From Mobula hypostoma (lineage: Eukaryota): a stretch of 64,000 nucleotides of DNA. The position numbers and the translations under genes were made by a program. Within the stretch, counting starts at the first letter, position 1, and each line of letters starts with the position of its first letter. Of the stretch, positions 1-12,766 are shown piece by piece. The notes under the pieces were generated by a model. It was not told where the DNA came from, made no database searches, and saw only the letters and a list, made by a program, of their open reading frames with translations. Where the stretch lies: positions 93,498,001 through 93,562,000 of the forward strand of contig NC_086107.1 of assembly GCF_963921235.1 (NCBI RefSeq), in the 5' to 3' direction.

Positions 1-334
1 AGGATGGATGTCATCTGGCCTTTCTCATTCTCCTTACCTCCATTACCCCACCACTGGTGGGACTGAAGCTCTCAAATACCCTCACCAAAATCTGTTTGAC
101 AATCTCTCTACTCCATCAATATGATTGTTACAACCTCTGGTATTCTCCAAGGCTTGATGTAGATTTTCTTTTGCTGCTTAATAGTCTTGAGGACCTGGAG
201 CTGTCTGACTGTGTTAAAGCTACCATCTCCTTGCGTTTTTTGATTTGAGTCTCAGCTGAACTTGGATAGATTGGGCCTGGTGGCTGCCAAATCTCCAGGA
301 ACTCTCGAGCTACCTGAGGCAATTAATAACCACC

Positions 335-985
335 AGAGATTCTGCAGACGCTGGAAATCCTGAGCAACACACGCACAAAATGCTGGAGGAACTCAGCAGG
401 TCAGGCAGCATCTATGCAGGGGAATAAACAGTCGATATTTCAGGCTGAGACCCTTCGTCAGCACTGGAAAGGAAGGGGAAGAAGCCAGATTGAGAAATTG
501 GGGGGTGGGGGGGGAGGGAAAGAGTACGACCGTAGCTGACAACTGAAGGTGAGGGGAAAGTGGGTGGGGGGGAGGGAGGGAGGGAGGATGGAATAAGCAG
601 CTCTCCTTTTCTGTCTTTTGCATTCATAATTATGGCTTCTCTCTAACCCCTTCTCACCTGCCCATCACCTCCTTCTGGTGCCCCCCCTTTCCTTTCCCTC
701 CATGTTCCACTGTCCTCTTCTATCAAGTTTTTTTCCTCAGCTCTTTCCACTTATTACATCCCGGTTCTTACTTCATCCCCTCTCTCCCACCCACATTCTC
801 TCTCACCCGGTCTTGCCTATCACCTGCCAGTTCATATTCCACCCTCTCTCCCCATTTTCCTATTCCAGCTTCTGCCCCTTCTTTTCTAATGCTAATGAAG
901 GGTCTCAGCGTGAAACGACGACTGTTTGTTTCACTCTATAGATGTTGCCTGATCTGCTGAGTTCCTCCTGCATTTTGTATGTGCT
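335..985. mobile_element. Two opposed Penelope-like element (PLE) 3'-end/pLTR fragments (335-602 minus, 603-985 plus)
   Basis: Both carry the aaaatgctggaggaactcagcaggtcaggcagcatc motif or its complement plus the purine/pyrimidine tract seen after the GIY-YIG ORF at 17890-18270. Confidence 0.8.
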
Positions 986-1690
986 CTTAAGGAAATCAAT
1001 GCTCTGCCCTTGACCTCCAGCAACCCTGGAATGAAGTAATTGAAGTATCTGAATAAACAGTTGGTTTGCTTTTTAACATTAGCTCTCAGTATATTGTAGA
1101 TGATAATTAGAAGGCGGTAGCCAATTGGTAATCCAAAAAAAAACCCAGATTGCCTCGATTCTGTTCACGTTCTGTTTGGCTGTGGGAAGAAGGAGCATCA
1201 AGGAGATGATGTCAGGTGACCCAAAGTGGAGGAGTTGGGGTTAAGAGAGAGGAGACAATAATTGTGATGTTCCTTCAAGAAGACATCCCACCAAAGTTGA
1301 CAGGACACTATGGAGCCCAATTATAACTGGAATCCTTTATCCTATTACGTTCATTTTTTTTGCAAATATTTTTGATTTTTTTTAAAGCAGATTAAAGGAA
1401 AGTATAGATGGATGTCAGAGGTAAGTTCTTCACATAGAGAGTGTGGGTGCGTAGAACACTCTGCCAGGGGTAATGTTAGAGACTGGCACATTAGGAAAAT
1501 TTAAGAGATAGGTGTATGGATGTAAGAAAAATGTAGAATTGCAGGCTGTGTAGGAGGTAAGGTTAGAGTAATTGTAGAGTAGGTTTGTATAGATTGGCAC
1601 AATATCCATGATCTATGATAAGAGGCATAGATAATGTGGACAGCCAGAGACTCTTTCCCAGGATGGAAATGTGGAATACAAGAGGCCATA
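335..1690 (+). repeat. Arm A of a ~1.3 kb inverted duplication (partner 9125-10370)
   Basis: 1289-1346 (caccaaagttgacaggacactatggagcccaattataactggaatcctttatcctatt) is the reverse complement of 9438-9495. The order of PLE ends, unique core and CR1 junction is mirrored in the partner. Confidence 0.9.
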
Positions 1691-2555
1691 ATATTTACGG
1701 TGATTGGAGGAAAGTATAGGGGGAGGGGGAATCAAAGTTGTTTTAGTTTCACACAGATTAGTGGGTGCCTGGAACACACTGCTGGAGATGGTGGTAGAGG
1801 CGGATACCTTAGGGAAATTTAAAAGACTTTTGGATAGGTACATGGATGTAAGAAAAATCAGAATCAGGTTTAATATCACTAGCATATGCTGTGAAATTTG
1901 TTAAGTTTATGGCAGCAGTACAATAAAATACATGATAAGTACAGAGAAGAAAAAGACTTGAGTTACATTGAGTAGATATGTCTATTAAGTTAAAATAAGT
2001 AACACAAAATAACATTATTTTAAAGAAAAGCAGTGAGGTAGTGTTCATGGGTTCAATGTTCATTTAGAAATCCAGATGGCAGAGGGAGAGAAACTGTTCC
2101 TGAATCGTTAAGTGTGTGCCTTCAGGCTTCTGTACCTTTTTTGTGATGGTTACAGTGAGAAGAGGGCATGTCCTGGGTGGTGGGGGTCCTTGATGATGGA
2201 CGCCGCCTTCCTGAGGCACGGCTCCTTGAAGATGTCTTGGATACTATCGAGGCTGGACCCATGATGGAGCTGACTAATTTTACAAGTTACTGCAACTTCA
2301 ATCATGTGCAGTAGCCCACCACAGTCCCCCACCAACCACCCCCCCCATACCAGATGGTGATGCAGCCAGTCAGAATGCCCTCCATGGTACAGTTGTAGAA
2401 GTTTGAGTTTCTAGGTGACAAACCAAATCTCCTCAAACTCCGAATGAAACATATGGATGGTAGGAGGGAAGGGCTAGACTGATTGTGGAGTACGTTTATC
2501 TAGATTGGCACAACATCATGGGCAGAAGGGCCTGTATTATCCTACATTCTATGTT
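1395..2555 (+). mobile_element. CR1 LINE 3' fragments, interrupted by a Rex1/Babar insertion
   Basis: Encodes R.VGAWNTL..VVEADTLGKFKRLLDRYM (CR1 ORF2 C-terminus); 3' UTR ends gggcctgta...ttctatgttc at ~2555. Confidence 0.75.
1857..2450 (-). mobile_element. Rex1/Babar-type LINE 3' fragment
   Basis: Minus ORF ...IQDIFKEPCLRKAASIIKDPHHPGHALFSL; (ctgatt)n tail seen as aatcagaatcagg at 1857. Confidence 0.8.
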
Positions 2556-3444
2556 CAACTAATCAGAGTGAATCAACCAATGATCTTGACTGTCCTAGAA
2601 TGAAGGAAACGTTTGCCTTTCTTGGATTGATTTCTCAGTTGGGTCTGTCATTTTATCTCGTACATCTCAATAAAATCAATTCTTAGATTTCAAAACAATA
2701 AATCCCAACTGGTTTAGACCATGATAAATAAATGGAAATTGATCAAGGACCAGGAAACAGAGAGTTCAAACCTTGGACCATAATTACAGGGTGGATATGA
2801 GGAGAAAGGTTTTATTGCTCAGAATAGTTGATCTGAAACTTAGTGGATAAAGGGTCAAGGAATGCTTTCAAAAGTGAATTATATAGACACTTGGGAGAGA
2901 ATAATTTTCAGAAGGTATGTAGGGAGAATGATAGGATTACTATATGGTGTTCTGGCGTAGGTGATGGTGCAAATGGCCTCAATGCAGTGACAGATTTATG
3001 GTCCTATAGCCATCACTGATTCCATTGGTAAGATTCTGAGAGGAGTTGATGAGGTGAAAGTGGAGAGGCTCTCTTCTCTTCTGTGACAGCCTGGAATCAG
3101 TATCTGGATGAGGGTCTGGTTGTTTACCATGAAGATGGGGAAAAGAAAACAGTGGACCCTCAGGACACTCTGCCCCTGGGGGTTGTGTATGTTGAGTGTG
3201 TTCATGGATTAAAATCTACAGAGGTTTGGACTTAAAGAGAACAAATATTGTATTAGGCAAGGTAATGTTTTGGAGTGGAGGGTCATGCTTCCATTGAAGA
3301 ACAGGGGAAGCTCAAGACGCCCATAATCTGCATCTAATCCTATCTCCTACGGTCCTGACAGTGTAGCACATGAGGACAGCAATCAAGGGCTATCGTCCTC
3401 ACGTACTCCTTGTGTTCCCCCTCTGAGATGAAAGGCCATTCCAG

Positions 3445-3755
3445 GTGACATGATAGTGTAGCCATTAGCATAATGCTTTCTAGCACCACTGATTGGAAGA
3501 TCGAGCTTCAATTCCCAAGACTATCTGAAAGGAGTTTGTGCGTTACCCTCATGACCATTTGGATCTCCTCCGGGTGCTCTGATTTCCTCCCACATTCCAC
3601 AGGCATACGGGTTGGCGTTAGTAAGTTGTGGCCATGCTCTGTTGGTGCCAGAAGAGTGGCAACACTTGTGGGCTGCCTCCAGCACATCCTTGGATGGTGG
3701 TCATTGACACAGATGGTATATTTGTGTGCACACATGGCAAATGAAGCTAATCTTT
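3445..3755 (+). mobile_element. tRNA-derived V-SINE
   Basis: Degenerate A/B boxes, V-domain ctcctccgggtgctctgatttcctcccacattcca, tail ...aaatgaagctaatcttt. Similar copies at 7053-7325, 39337-39645, 41093-41360, 45930-46195, 60040-60250 (+) and 21270-21555, 36250-36520 (-). Confidence 0.75.
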
Positions 3756-3864
3756 CATTCGACTCATGTCCTGAAGAAGAGGAACTGTTGCCCCAAGGTT
3801 CATCAGTTTCTCTTCTTCCCTACCACCATCCAAGATGCAGCTTGACCCACTGGTTTCCTAAATC

Positions 3865-3865
<1 letters not shown>

Positions 3866-3904
<39 letters not shown>

Positions 3905-4070
3905 AGGAACTCAGCAAGCTAGGTAACATCTTTGGAAAAGAGTAAACAGTCGACGTCTCGGCCTGAAACATCAACTGTTTACTCTTTTCTCTAGATGCTG
4001 CCTGGCCTGCTAAATTCCTCCAGCATTCTGTGTGTGTTGCTTAGGATTTCCAGCATTGACAGGTTTTCTT
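3866..4070. mobile_element. Fold-back (palindromic) PLE-end derivative
   Basis: ctggaggaactcagc...gagtaaacagtcgac and its inverted partner tcaactgtttactc...ttcctccagc surround a short centre. Confidence 0.8.
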
Positions 4071-6344
4071 TTGTCAGAGTTCCTGCATCAAATTGTTTAC
4101 AATTTCAGCAAGGGCAGAAGGTAATCCTTGTCCGTGGAACCACGAGGGGAGAGTGCATACAGGGAACAGAGCCCTAGTGCAACCCCACGCCTATGCCTGG
4201 ACCAGACCTTGTACCAATGGCATCCACATATCACAATCAGGTCTATCATCACTGAAAAATGATGTGAAGTTTGTTATTTTCAAAATTCAAAGCATATTTA
4301 TCAAAGTATGTATAATCTATAGATGCAACCTGCAGATTCATCTCCTTACTGGTAGCCACTAAACAATGGAACCCATTTAAAAAAAGAAAACCGTCAACTA
4401 CCCAGTGTGCCAAAGGAAAACAAATCATGCAAACAATAAAGAGTAAGCAAAGTTCACGAAAGTGAGTTCACAGCCACAAAGCCAGTCATCACTGCAGCTG
4501 GTGCAGGAGCCTGTTAGTTGCAGGCGTCAGCAATAGTTCCGCGCAGAGACAAGTAAACCTCGCTGAGCAGTGAGCTGAACGTTGGCCCGTCCCTCGCTTC
4601 TGGCCTCAACCCCCAACCCTTTTCAATCCTTCCTGGCGTTTAAACAAGCCAAACAACGGCTCATTCCTCGCTCTCAGGCTTGGGCCCGACTGCTTTGATA
4701 GGCTCTCGGGGCCCAGGACCTGCCGCCTTGATTTGGCCCGTATCCGACTTTTCCTATCTGGCTCTGCGGTTAAATCGGTCAGCCATTCCTTCTCTGGGGC
4801 CCTGGACTCTGACTCGGCAGCAGCAGTACAGTACAACACATAACAATTACTATAAGTTCCAATAAGAAATGTAACACATTAAAAAATAGTGCAAAAGAGC
4901 ATAAAGTATTGAGGCTGTGTTCATGGGTTCAATGTCCATTCAGAAATCGGATGGCAGAGGGGAAGAAGCTGTTCCTAAAACGTTGAGAAATCTTCAGGCT
5001 CCTGAACCTTCTCCCTGAAAGTAGTAATGAGAAGAGGGCATATCCTGAATGGTGGGGGTCCACGTAGATAGAGAGACGGTCAGTAATTTTTCCCCCCAGG
5101 AGTGAAATCTTTAATACTAGAGAGAATTTATCTAATGGAAGAGGGGGGAAATGCAACAGAGATGTAAGAGGCAAGTTTTTTTTTTACACAGAAAGGGAAG
5201 CAGATACAATAGAGGTAATTAAGAGATGCTAAAATGGGCACAAGAATATGGTGAGAAGGGGTGGGGAGGGGTTCATAGTTGGTGCCTGGATGATGGATTT
5301 GATAAATTCGGAGACACTTTAATTAGTTCCACCCAACATCATGGGCTGAATGACGCGCCCTATTCTATATTCTATGTCAACGGAAGAGATGGCCATTTAA
5401 TGAAAGGATTGAATATATTCACGTGTATGATGTGTTTAAGTGCTTGCGTGTATATAATGCATGTGGGTGGCATGTTAGTGAAGTGTACGATTTGTATGAG
5501 GGGTAAGTGCATGGCATGTGGGAGAACCGCGTTTAAGCGTGAGAAATGTGCGTCTCCGTGAGAATGTAAATATTTTAGCGCAACACGTGTGAGCAGGGGT
5601 GATGTGCATTTAAGCATGTAGTGTGAATGTTTATAGTTGAGCGTGTGTGTTTGTGCAAAAAACAAATGAGAGGATGTGATTGCATTAGTGAACACGTACA
5701 GCCAAAGACTTGTTTCTCCCAGGGCAGAAGTAGTTTCTAGGTGATTGTAGGGGAGTATAGGGAGAAGTTGAGGGTTTTTTTTTACAGAGTGGTGGGTGTG
5801 TGAAACGCCCTGTCGGAGGTGGTGGTAGAGGCATATATGTTAGGGGTGTTTAAAGAAACTCTTAGGCACATGGATGAAAAATATGGACAGCTATGTGGGA
5901 GGGAAGGGTTAGATTGATCTTACAGCTGTAAGGTCGACACGACATCGTGGGCCGAAGGGCCTGTGCTGTGTTGTAGTGTTCAGAGCTTGTGTGTGTATTT
6001 GAGCACGTGTGCCCACGAGCATGAGCACAGTGGCTCAGATGCAGACGTGATGCAGCTTCAGTCACAGTGCACCCATGCAAAGACCCAGGTCTGGATCAAG
6101 ATCAGGACGATTAGAGCTTTTGGACGGGGTAATGAAGCAATGACACCCTTTGAAATTACACAGTTGCTATTGATGTGCAATTGGGGCAGGATGCAATATG
6201 GGTCTACCTTCCATGAAGCATTCATGAAATGAATAAGAGCGAAACGGATAGTGCAGGATTAAGAGCAAAGCAGGGAGAGAAAGCTGTGAACGATAAATAA
6301 CACGACTGTTGTCAGAGCAGTACCCGAATTATTTACTGGATACG

Positions 6345-6610
6345 TCACAGTACAGGCCCTTCCGCCCCAACGAGCCACACCGCCTAGCAACTCACCTATT
6401 TAACACTAGCCTAATCACAGAACAATTTACAATGACCAATTAACCTACTAACCGGTACGTCTGGGACTGTGGGAGGAAAAAAAAAATCTCACGCGGTCAC
6501 GGGGACAACCAACAAAATCCTTACAGACTGTGTCGGAATTGAACTCGCTATCTCAGACCACCCCGAGCTGTAGTGGCGCTGTGCAGACCGCTATGTTACC
6601 ATGGCGCCCA
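6345..6610 (-). mobile_element. V-SINE with CR1-like tail (HE1-like)
   Basis: Reverse-strand tRNA-like head, V-domain (gactgtgggagga), CR1-type gggcctgtactgtg tail. Similar copy at 31360-31790. Confidence 0.65.
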
Positions 6611-8140
6611 AACTAGCACGGACGGGATTCAGTCAGGAGACAAGTTCGGCAGAAGGGTGGTTCAAGGATCGAGGCCCAGTTTAAATTTCTGAGCAAGAGT
6701 TAGAGATTACAATGTGGGGGGAAAAAAAGTTACAAGGATGGTGATTATGAACAGGTATTTATTGTCTGTATTTCTTGGAAGTTAGTTACTCCCTAATTGA
6801 ATGTAAGTTGAGTAGCTTGCTAGCACATTTCAGGAACTGTTTTAAAAATCGATCACTTTGGTTGTATATAAACGAGCCTGGATAAGGATGACAGGTTACA
6901 TATCTCAATAGATTTCTTATCCCGAAGAGCAATGTATAAGGTAGAAATGTCAAACAACAGAAGACATGCTTTTAAGTTGGAAGCGGGAGGTGGGGGAATG
7001 ATTTTCTTGTACAGAGAATGGCAAGTGACAAGAATAGGTTACCAGGGGTTAGGGACAGCACAGTAGCATAGCAGTTAACCCTTAGCTATTTGGGTTCGAT
7101 TTTCCCCCTGCAGCTTGTAAGGAGTTGTCCCCAGGCACTCTGGTTTCCTCCCCCATTCCAGAGGAGTACGGTTAGGATCAGTGAGTTGAGGGTATGCTGT
7201 GCAGTTGCCAGAAGCTGGGTGCCACTCGCCCGGCACAATCCTCGCTGATTTGATTCTCCGCAAAAACAGTGCTCTTCACTGTGTATGCTTCGATGTGCAG
7301 GTGACAAATAAAGCTAATTTATCTGTCGCGGAAGTAGGCAGTTTGGTGGAGGTTAAGAAGCTTTTAGATAGACACATGGATCTGAAGGGGTTGGAGGGAT
7401 AGGGATGATACGCGGGAGGAGGACAGTTAGTATAAATTGGCATCATCGAGGGCTGAATGGCCTGTTCCGTGCTGTACTGTTCTATGTTCTAGTGAACTCG
7501 TTGAGATTCAACCACAATGTGGTGGTTGTGTGGTCAAGAATGAGTGGAACGGGATCACTCAGTCTTTTCAGTGAGAGTTAATTGGGCATAAAAGATGGAG
7601 CACAAAACGCTGGAGGAACTCAGTGAGTCAGGCAGCGTCTGTAGAGGGGAAAAATTAATTGTCCACCTTTTGGATTGGGACCCTTTGGGTAGACTGAAAG
7701 GCAAGCGGGGAGAGAGCCAGTGTAAAGTGATGAAAGGAAGGGTGTGGAGCCGTCCAACTTCTGTTGATATTTCCACTCTTCCCTCCTCCATCTGCCTATT
7801 GACCCGCATTACCTGGATCCACTCGTCAACTGACAGCATTTGCAGATTCCAAGTTTATTTATTGAGACATACAACGTTGTTTGCGTAATACCCGTCACAC
7901 CCGAAAGGTGTGCTGGGGGGGGGGGCAGCCTGCAAGAGTCGCCACACTTTCTGGTGCCAACATAGTGTGCCCACCATGTTCAGCAGAGCAACCGGCAACG
8001 CAAGCAGCAAAACAACAGCAAACAAGTCACGCTCCTCTCTTCCCTTCCACACACACATACTCAGTCCTCTTGCTCCAAGGCAGGCCATCTTCTTCAGTCT
8101 CCAGCCACAGCCTCTTCCCTCCATCTCTCTACACTAACTA

Positions 8141-8666
8141 CAGTTATGAGCAAAAGTCTGAGGCACAAATATATCACTAGGGTACCCTAAGACGTTTGTG
8201 CAGTACTGTAGTAATTTTATGTATTGCACTGTACTGCTGCTGCAAATAAAAGAATAAATTTGATGATGTATGTGAGTGATGATAAACCTGATTCTGATTT
8301 GGGTCTCTATTGTGGACTGAGAGTGGGAAGGAGGCAGGGAGAGGGGAATCATGGTTGGGAAAAGGGGAAGGGAGAGGGGAGGGAGTGGGAAGCACCGGAG
8401 AGACATTCTGTAATGATCAGTAAACCAATTGTTTGGAATGAAATGACCTCAGGGCTGGGTGTTTCTGCACCTGCGCCATCCCCCACTCTTGGCACTCCTC
8501 TGCCACCTATCCCACACCCTTGCCGCGGTACTCCACCCTCACCATTCCCGACATCGTTTGCTCCCACCAGATTTATGCACTTGCTCTCCATTCCGTGTTG
8601 ACAAATACAGTACCGTGCAAAAGTCTTAGGCACCCGAGCTAAGTATCCTGTATGTACCTAGTACTG
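8141..8666. mobile_element. Composite Tc1-type non-autonomous element, copy 1
   Basis: TA-flanked; a tiny cagtactgtgcaaaagtcttaggca...tgcctaagacttttgcacagtactg-type hairpin at each end, with a shared internal segment. Confidence 0.75.
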
Positions 8667-9124
8667 TATCACCTCATCGTCTTTCAGTCTGGATGAAGGG
8701 TGTCAACCCAAAAAAATGTAACGGTCAACTTCCCTCCACAGATGCTGCCTGACCTGCTGAGTTTCTCCAGCTGATTGGTTAGTTGCTCCAGATTCCAGCA
8801 TCTGCAGTCTCTAGTGTCTCAAGAAGAGATGGGATCAGTTGCAAGGGATGATAGGTGAATCAGGACTGGCGTGAGTTTGGTACGAGGAATTAGCGGATTG
8901 GTTATCTGTGCCGTGACGATTCCGCGATTCTCTGAAACCTGAGCAGGGAGGTGGACATCAAGAACATGATGACAACTTGAAGAGCTGATTTGACTTGGAG
9001 TCAGTGCCTCCGTTTAGCAAGATTGCGACTCCTCGATGACAAAGTCCAGAGTGACAAAATTAAATGGGTAAACAGTAACAAACTCTATACACATGAGATC
9101 CTGCAGATGCTGGAAATACAGAGC

Positions 9125-10370
9125 CCCTTTGTATGAGCCACTTCCATCCTGGGAAAGCATCTCAGGCTATCCACACTATCTGTGCCTCTTATTATAGATC
9201 ACTAATGTTATGCCAACTTCACAATCAATCTAACCCTTCCCTTCTACACAGCCCACAACCCTACAGTTTTCTTGCATTCTCCTGCACATCTAAGAGTCTC
9301 CTAAATGTCCGTGAGGTGTCAGCCTTTAACACCATTCCAGCAGGGTGTTCCCTACACCTGCCACTTTCTGTGTATTAAAAAAAACCTATCATTTCCTCCA
9401 ATCAGCTTTTTAGAAAAATCAGAAAAAAGATTAACTTAATAGGATAAAGGATTCCAGTTATAATTGGGCTCCATAGTGTCCTGTCAACTTTGGTGGAATG
9501 TTTTCTTGAAGGAACATCAGAATTATTTTCTCCTTTTGCTTAACACCCAACTCCTCCACTCTGGGTCACCTGACATCATCTCCTTGGCTTCTTCCCACAG
9601 CCAATCAGAACATGAACAGAATCAAGGCAATCAGGGTTTTTTTTTTCATTTGGCTGCCAATTGGCTACCGCCTTCTAATTATCCTCTACAATATGCTGAG
9701 AGCTAATGTTAAAAAGCAAACCAACTGTTTATTCAGATGCTTTAATTACTTTGTTCCAGGGTTGCTGGAGGTCAAGGGCAGAGCACTGATTTCCTCAGGA
9801 ACACGCATACAAAATGCTGGAGGAACTCAACAGATCAGGCAGCATCTATGGAGAGGAATAGAGACAACGTTACAGGCTCAGACCCTTCACCAGGACTGGA
9901 AAAGGAAGGGGGCAGAAGGTTGGAGTGGGAGGAGTACATATTAGCAGGTGATCAGCGGGACCAGGGGAGGGGGTATGATGTGAGGAGTTGGGAGGTGATG
10001 GGTGGAAACTAACAGGAGAGGAGAGTGGACCATGGGAGAAAGGGAAGGAGGAGGGGCACCAGAGGAACGTGATGGGCGGGTGAGAAGGTGTAAGAGGGGA
10101 GCCAGAATGAAAATGGGAAAAGGAAAACACTGAGTAGGGTGTAGCTTCTTATTTCATTCCCACCCTACCACCCACCTTTCCCCTCACCTGGTCTCCCGCA
10201 TCACCTGCCAGCCTGTAGTCCTTTCCCTACCCCATCTTATTCTGACTTCTGCCCCCCTTTTTTTTACCCAGTCCTGATGAAGGCTCTCCACCTGAAACAT
10301 CGGCTGTTTCTTCCCCTCCACAGATGCTGCCTGACCTGCTGAGTTCTTCCAGCATTTTGTGCATGCCGCT
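9125..10370 (-). repeat. Arm B of the inverted duplication (partner 335-1690)
   Basis: Reverse-complement match to arm A. ORF-track peptides HFHPGKESLAVHIIYASY (1501-1689 -) and HFHPGKASQAIHTICASY (9133-9378 +) correspond. Confidence 0.9.
10269..10306 (+). ncRNA. Minimal hammerhead ribozyme motif, near-intact
   Basis: CAGUC-CUGAUGA-AGG(cucucca)CCU-GAAA-CAUC-GGCUG; one CpG-decay mismatch in stem III. Confidence 0.6.
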
Positions 10371-11746
10371 CAGCTGTCTGTACAGCCGTGGCTGTAATAT
10401 CCATAATAATAAAGGGTGCTGAACTCAGTAACATCAGAAAAATCAGTAGCATTATCGATTACCAGAAATTCAGGAGTTAACTACTGGAGAGTATAACATT
10501 TTTAGAAGACAGAGTGGGAACAAAGGGAGGTAGAGTAGGTGTACTTATCTGTAGTAATGACAGCTGCACGTATGACTGAAATAGAATACGCGTAAATAAA
10601 GGTAAGATTTTTTTTTAAATATCATCATACTTAAAGAGATCATCGACATAATAGCGCAAGGGCAACGCACACAAAATGCTGGAAGAACTCAGCGTGTCAG
10701 TCAGCATCTACAGAAAGGAATAATGAGACACCATTTCAGGCTGAGACCCATCATCGGAACTGGAAAGAAAGGAGGCAGAAGCCAGAATAAAAAAAAGATG
10801 GGGCGGGAGGGGAAGGAGTGCAAGCTAATAGATGTTAGGTGAGATGGGAGCGGGGGGGGGGATGATGAAGTGAGAAGCTGTGAGGTGATAGGTGGAAAAG
10901 GCATAGGGCTGAAGAAGAAAGAATCTGATAGGAGAGGAGTGTAGACCACGGGAGAAATGGAAGAGAAGGGCATTTGGGAGGGGGGAGGTGATAGGCAGGT
11001 GAGGAGAAGAGACTGGGGAATGGAAAAAGAGAGAAGTGGGATAAGTGAGAAACTACAAGAAGTTGCAGAAATTGCGGTTCGTGCTATCAGGTTAGAGGCA
11101 AGAAATGTGCAAGCTTGTACAAGAAATGAATGATCAACATAAAATAATCATTGAGGATGTCCAACTGGTTCATATCAATCTGTGAATAATTGTTGGAAAA
11201 ATGGATCAAATGATAGTCTTCCTACAGTGCATCCACATTCCTTTCTATCAAGATTCAATATTGCTTATGTGTACACTGAAACACAAAGTGAAATGTGCCA
11301 TTGTGTTAACAACTGACGCACCTGAGGGTGCGCAGGGGGCAGCTCACAAGTCCCAAAGAGGAAGGACCAGCTAGATCTAGTAATGGGAAGTAAACTGGAG
11401 TAGGTAAGAGCAGGGAGCATTGAGGTAATAGTGAGCAAAACAAAATATTTTGGTCTGATGTGGAAGCCATGGAGCTAAATATTTAAAACAAAAGCAGAGT
11501 TCTCACCTGTTTCCACATAATGTATTTAAGCACTGCAAATCAGGATGGATTTTTTCAGCAACATTCTGAAAAATCAGTAACAAGCTTTAGAGAGGGTGCA
11601 GAAGAGACTTACCAGCACCAGCATGCTGCCTGGATTCGAGAGCATGTCCTGTGAGGAAAGGTTCATCGAGTTAGGGTATTTTTTCTTTGGAGTGACAGAG
11701 GTTGAGAGTTGATGTGATAGAGGTGCATGAGACTGTGAGGCTTGTT

Positions 11747-12271
11747 CTCAGTGGCCACTTTACTAGTTACACCTGTACACCTGCTTGTTAATGCAAATAT
11801 CTAACCAGCCAATCACGTAGCAACAACTCTGCATAGAAGCATCAGACGTGGTCAGGAGGCTCAGTTGTTGTTCAGACCAAACATCAAAATGGGGAAGAAA
11901 TGTGATCTAAGTGACTTTGACCATGTAATGATTGTTGGTGCCAGATGGGGTGGTTTGAGTATCTCAGAAACTGCTGATCTCCTGGGATTTTCACATAAAA
12001 CGGTCTTCAGATTTCACAGAGAATGGCACAAAAATCCAGTGCGTAGCACTTCCATTGACAAAAACGCTTCATTAATGAGCAAGGTCAGAGGAGAATGGCC
12101 AGACTGGTTCAAGTTGACAGGAAGGTGACACTAACACAAATAACCACGTGTTACAACTGTGATGTGCAGAATCTGAATGCACAGTATGTCAAACCCTGAA
12201 GTGTATGAGCCACAGCAGCAGAAGACTACATCGGGTTCCACTCCTGTATCTAGTAAAGTGGCTGCTAAGTG
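11747..12271 (+). mobile_element. Internally deleted Tc1-like DNA transposon
   Basis: TIR ctcagtggccacttta...taaagtggctgctaagtg-TA; ORF MGKKCDLSDFDHVMIVGARWGGLSISETADLLGFS is a Tc1 N-terminal HTH. Confidence 0.8.
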
Positions 12272-12513
12272 TAGATACTGTGGGCAGCCAGCACCTTTCT
12301 GGCCAACGCCAGAGTACATCCATTTAAGGTGAGTGGAGGAAGACTTTGGGAAACTGTCGGATATGAGTTTTCTACACAAAGTGGTAGGTGTCTGGAAGGC
12401 ACTGTCGGTGGTAGAGGCAGAGACTTAGATAGGCACATGGATGTAAGAAAAATAGTGTGTTTTGAGCTGTATTGGATGGAAGGGTTTGATCGATCATGGA
12501 GTAAGTTTATATA

Positions 12514-12766
12514 CAGTACTGTGCAGAACTCTTAGGCACGTATAGAATTTTGCACAGTGCTACAGTAATTTTATGTATTGCACTGTATTGCCATAAAAAA
12601 CTAATTTCATATGAGTGATGGTAAACGATTCTGATATGGGTCTCTATTGCTCCTTCCAGAATTGCAAACTCAATCTTCACTCCCCGTTGACAAATACAGT
12701 ACTGTGCAAAAATCTTGGGCATCTTGGGTGTGAATGTGTGTGCCTAAGACTTTCACACAAGTACTG
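12514..12766. mobile_element. Composite Tc1-type element, copy 2 (internally deleted)
   Basis: TA|cagtactgtgcagaactcttaggca ... tgcctaagactttcacacaagtactg|TA, inserted in a CR1 3' UTR. Confidence 0.7.

Noticed and set aside
3995..4177. Recurrent MLPGLLSSSSILCV / MLEELSR / NAGGTQQ peptides as a small-protein family
   Set aside because: They are chance translations of the non-coding PLE terminal repeat, in varying frames and strands.
5420..5700. 111-aa and 107-aa ORFs over a TG-rich stretch
   Set aside because: Degenerate (TG)/(CA) low-complexity sequence fused to a CR1 tail.
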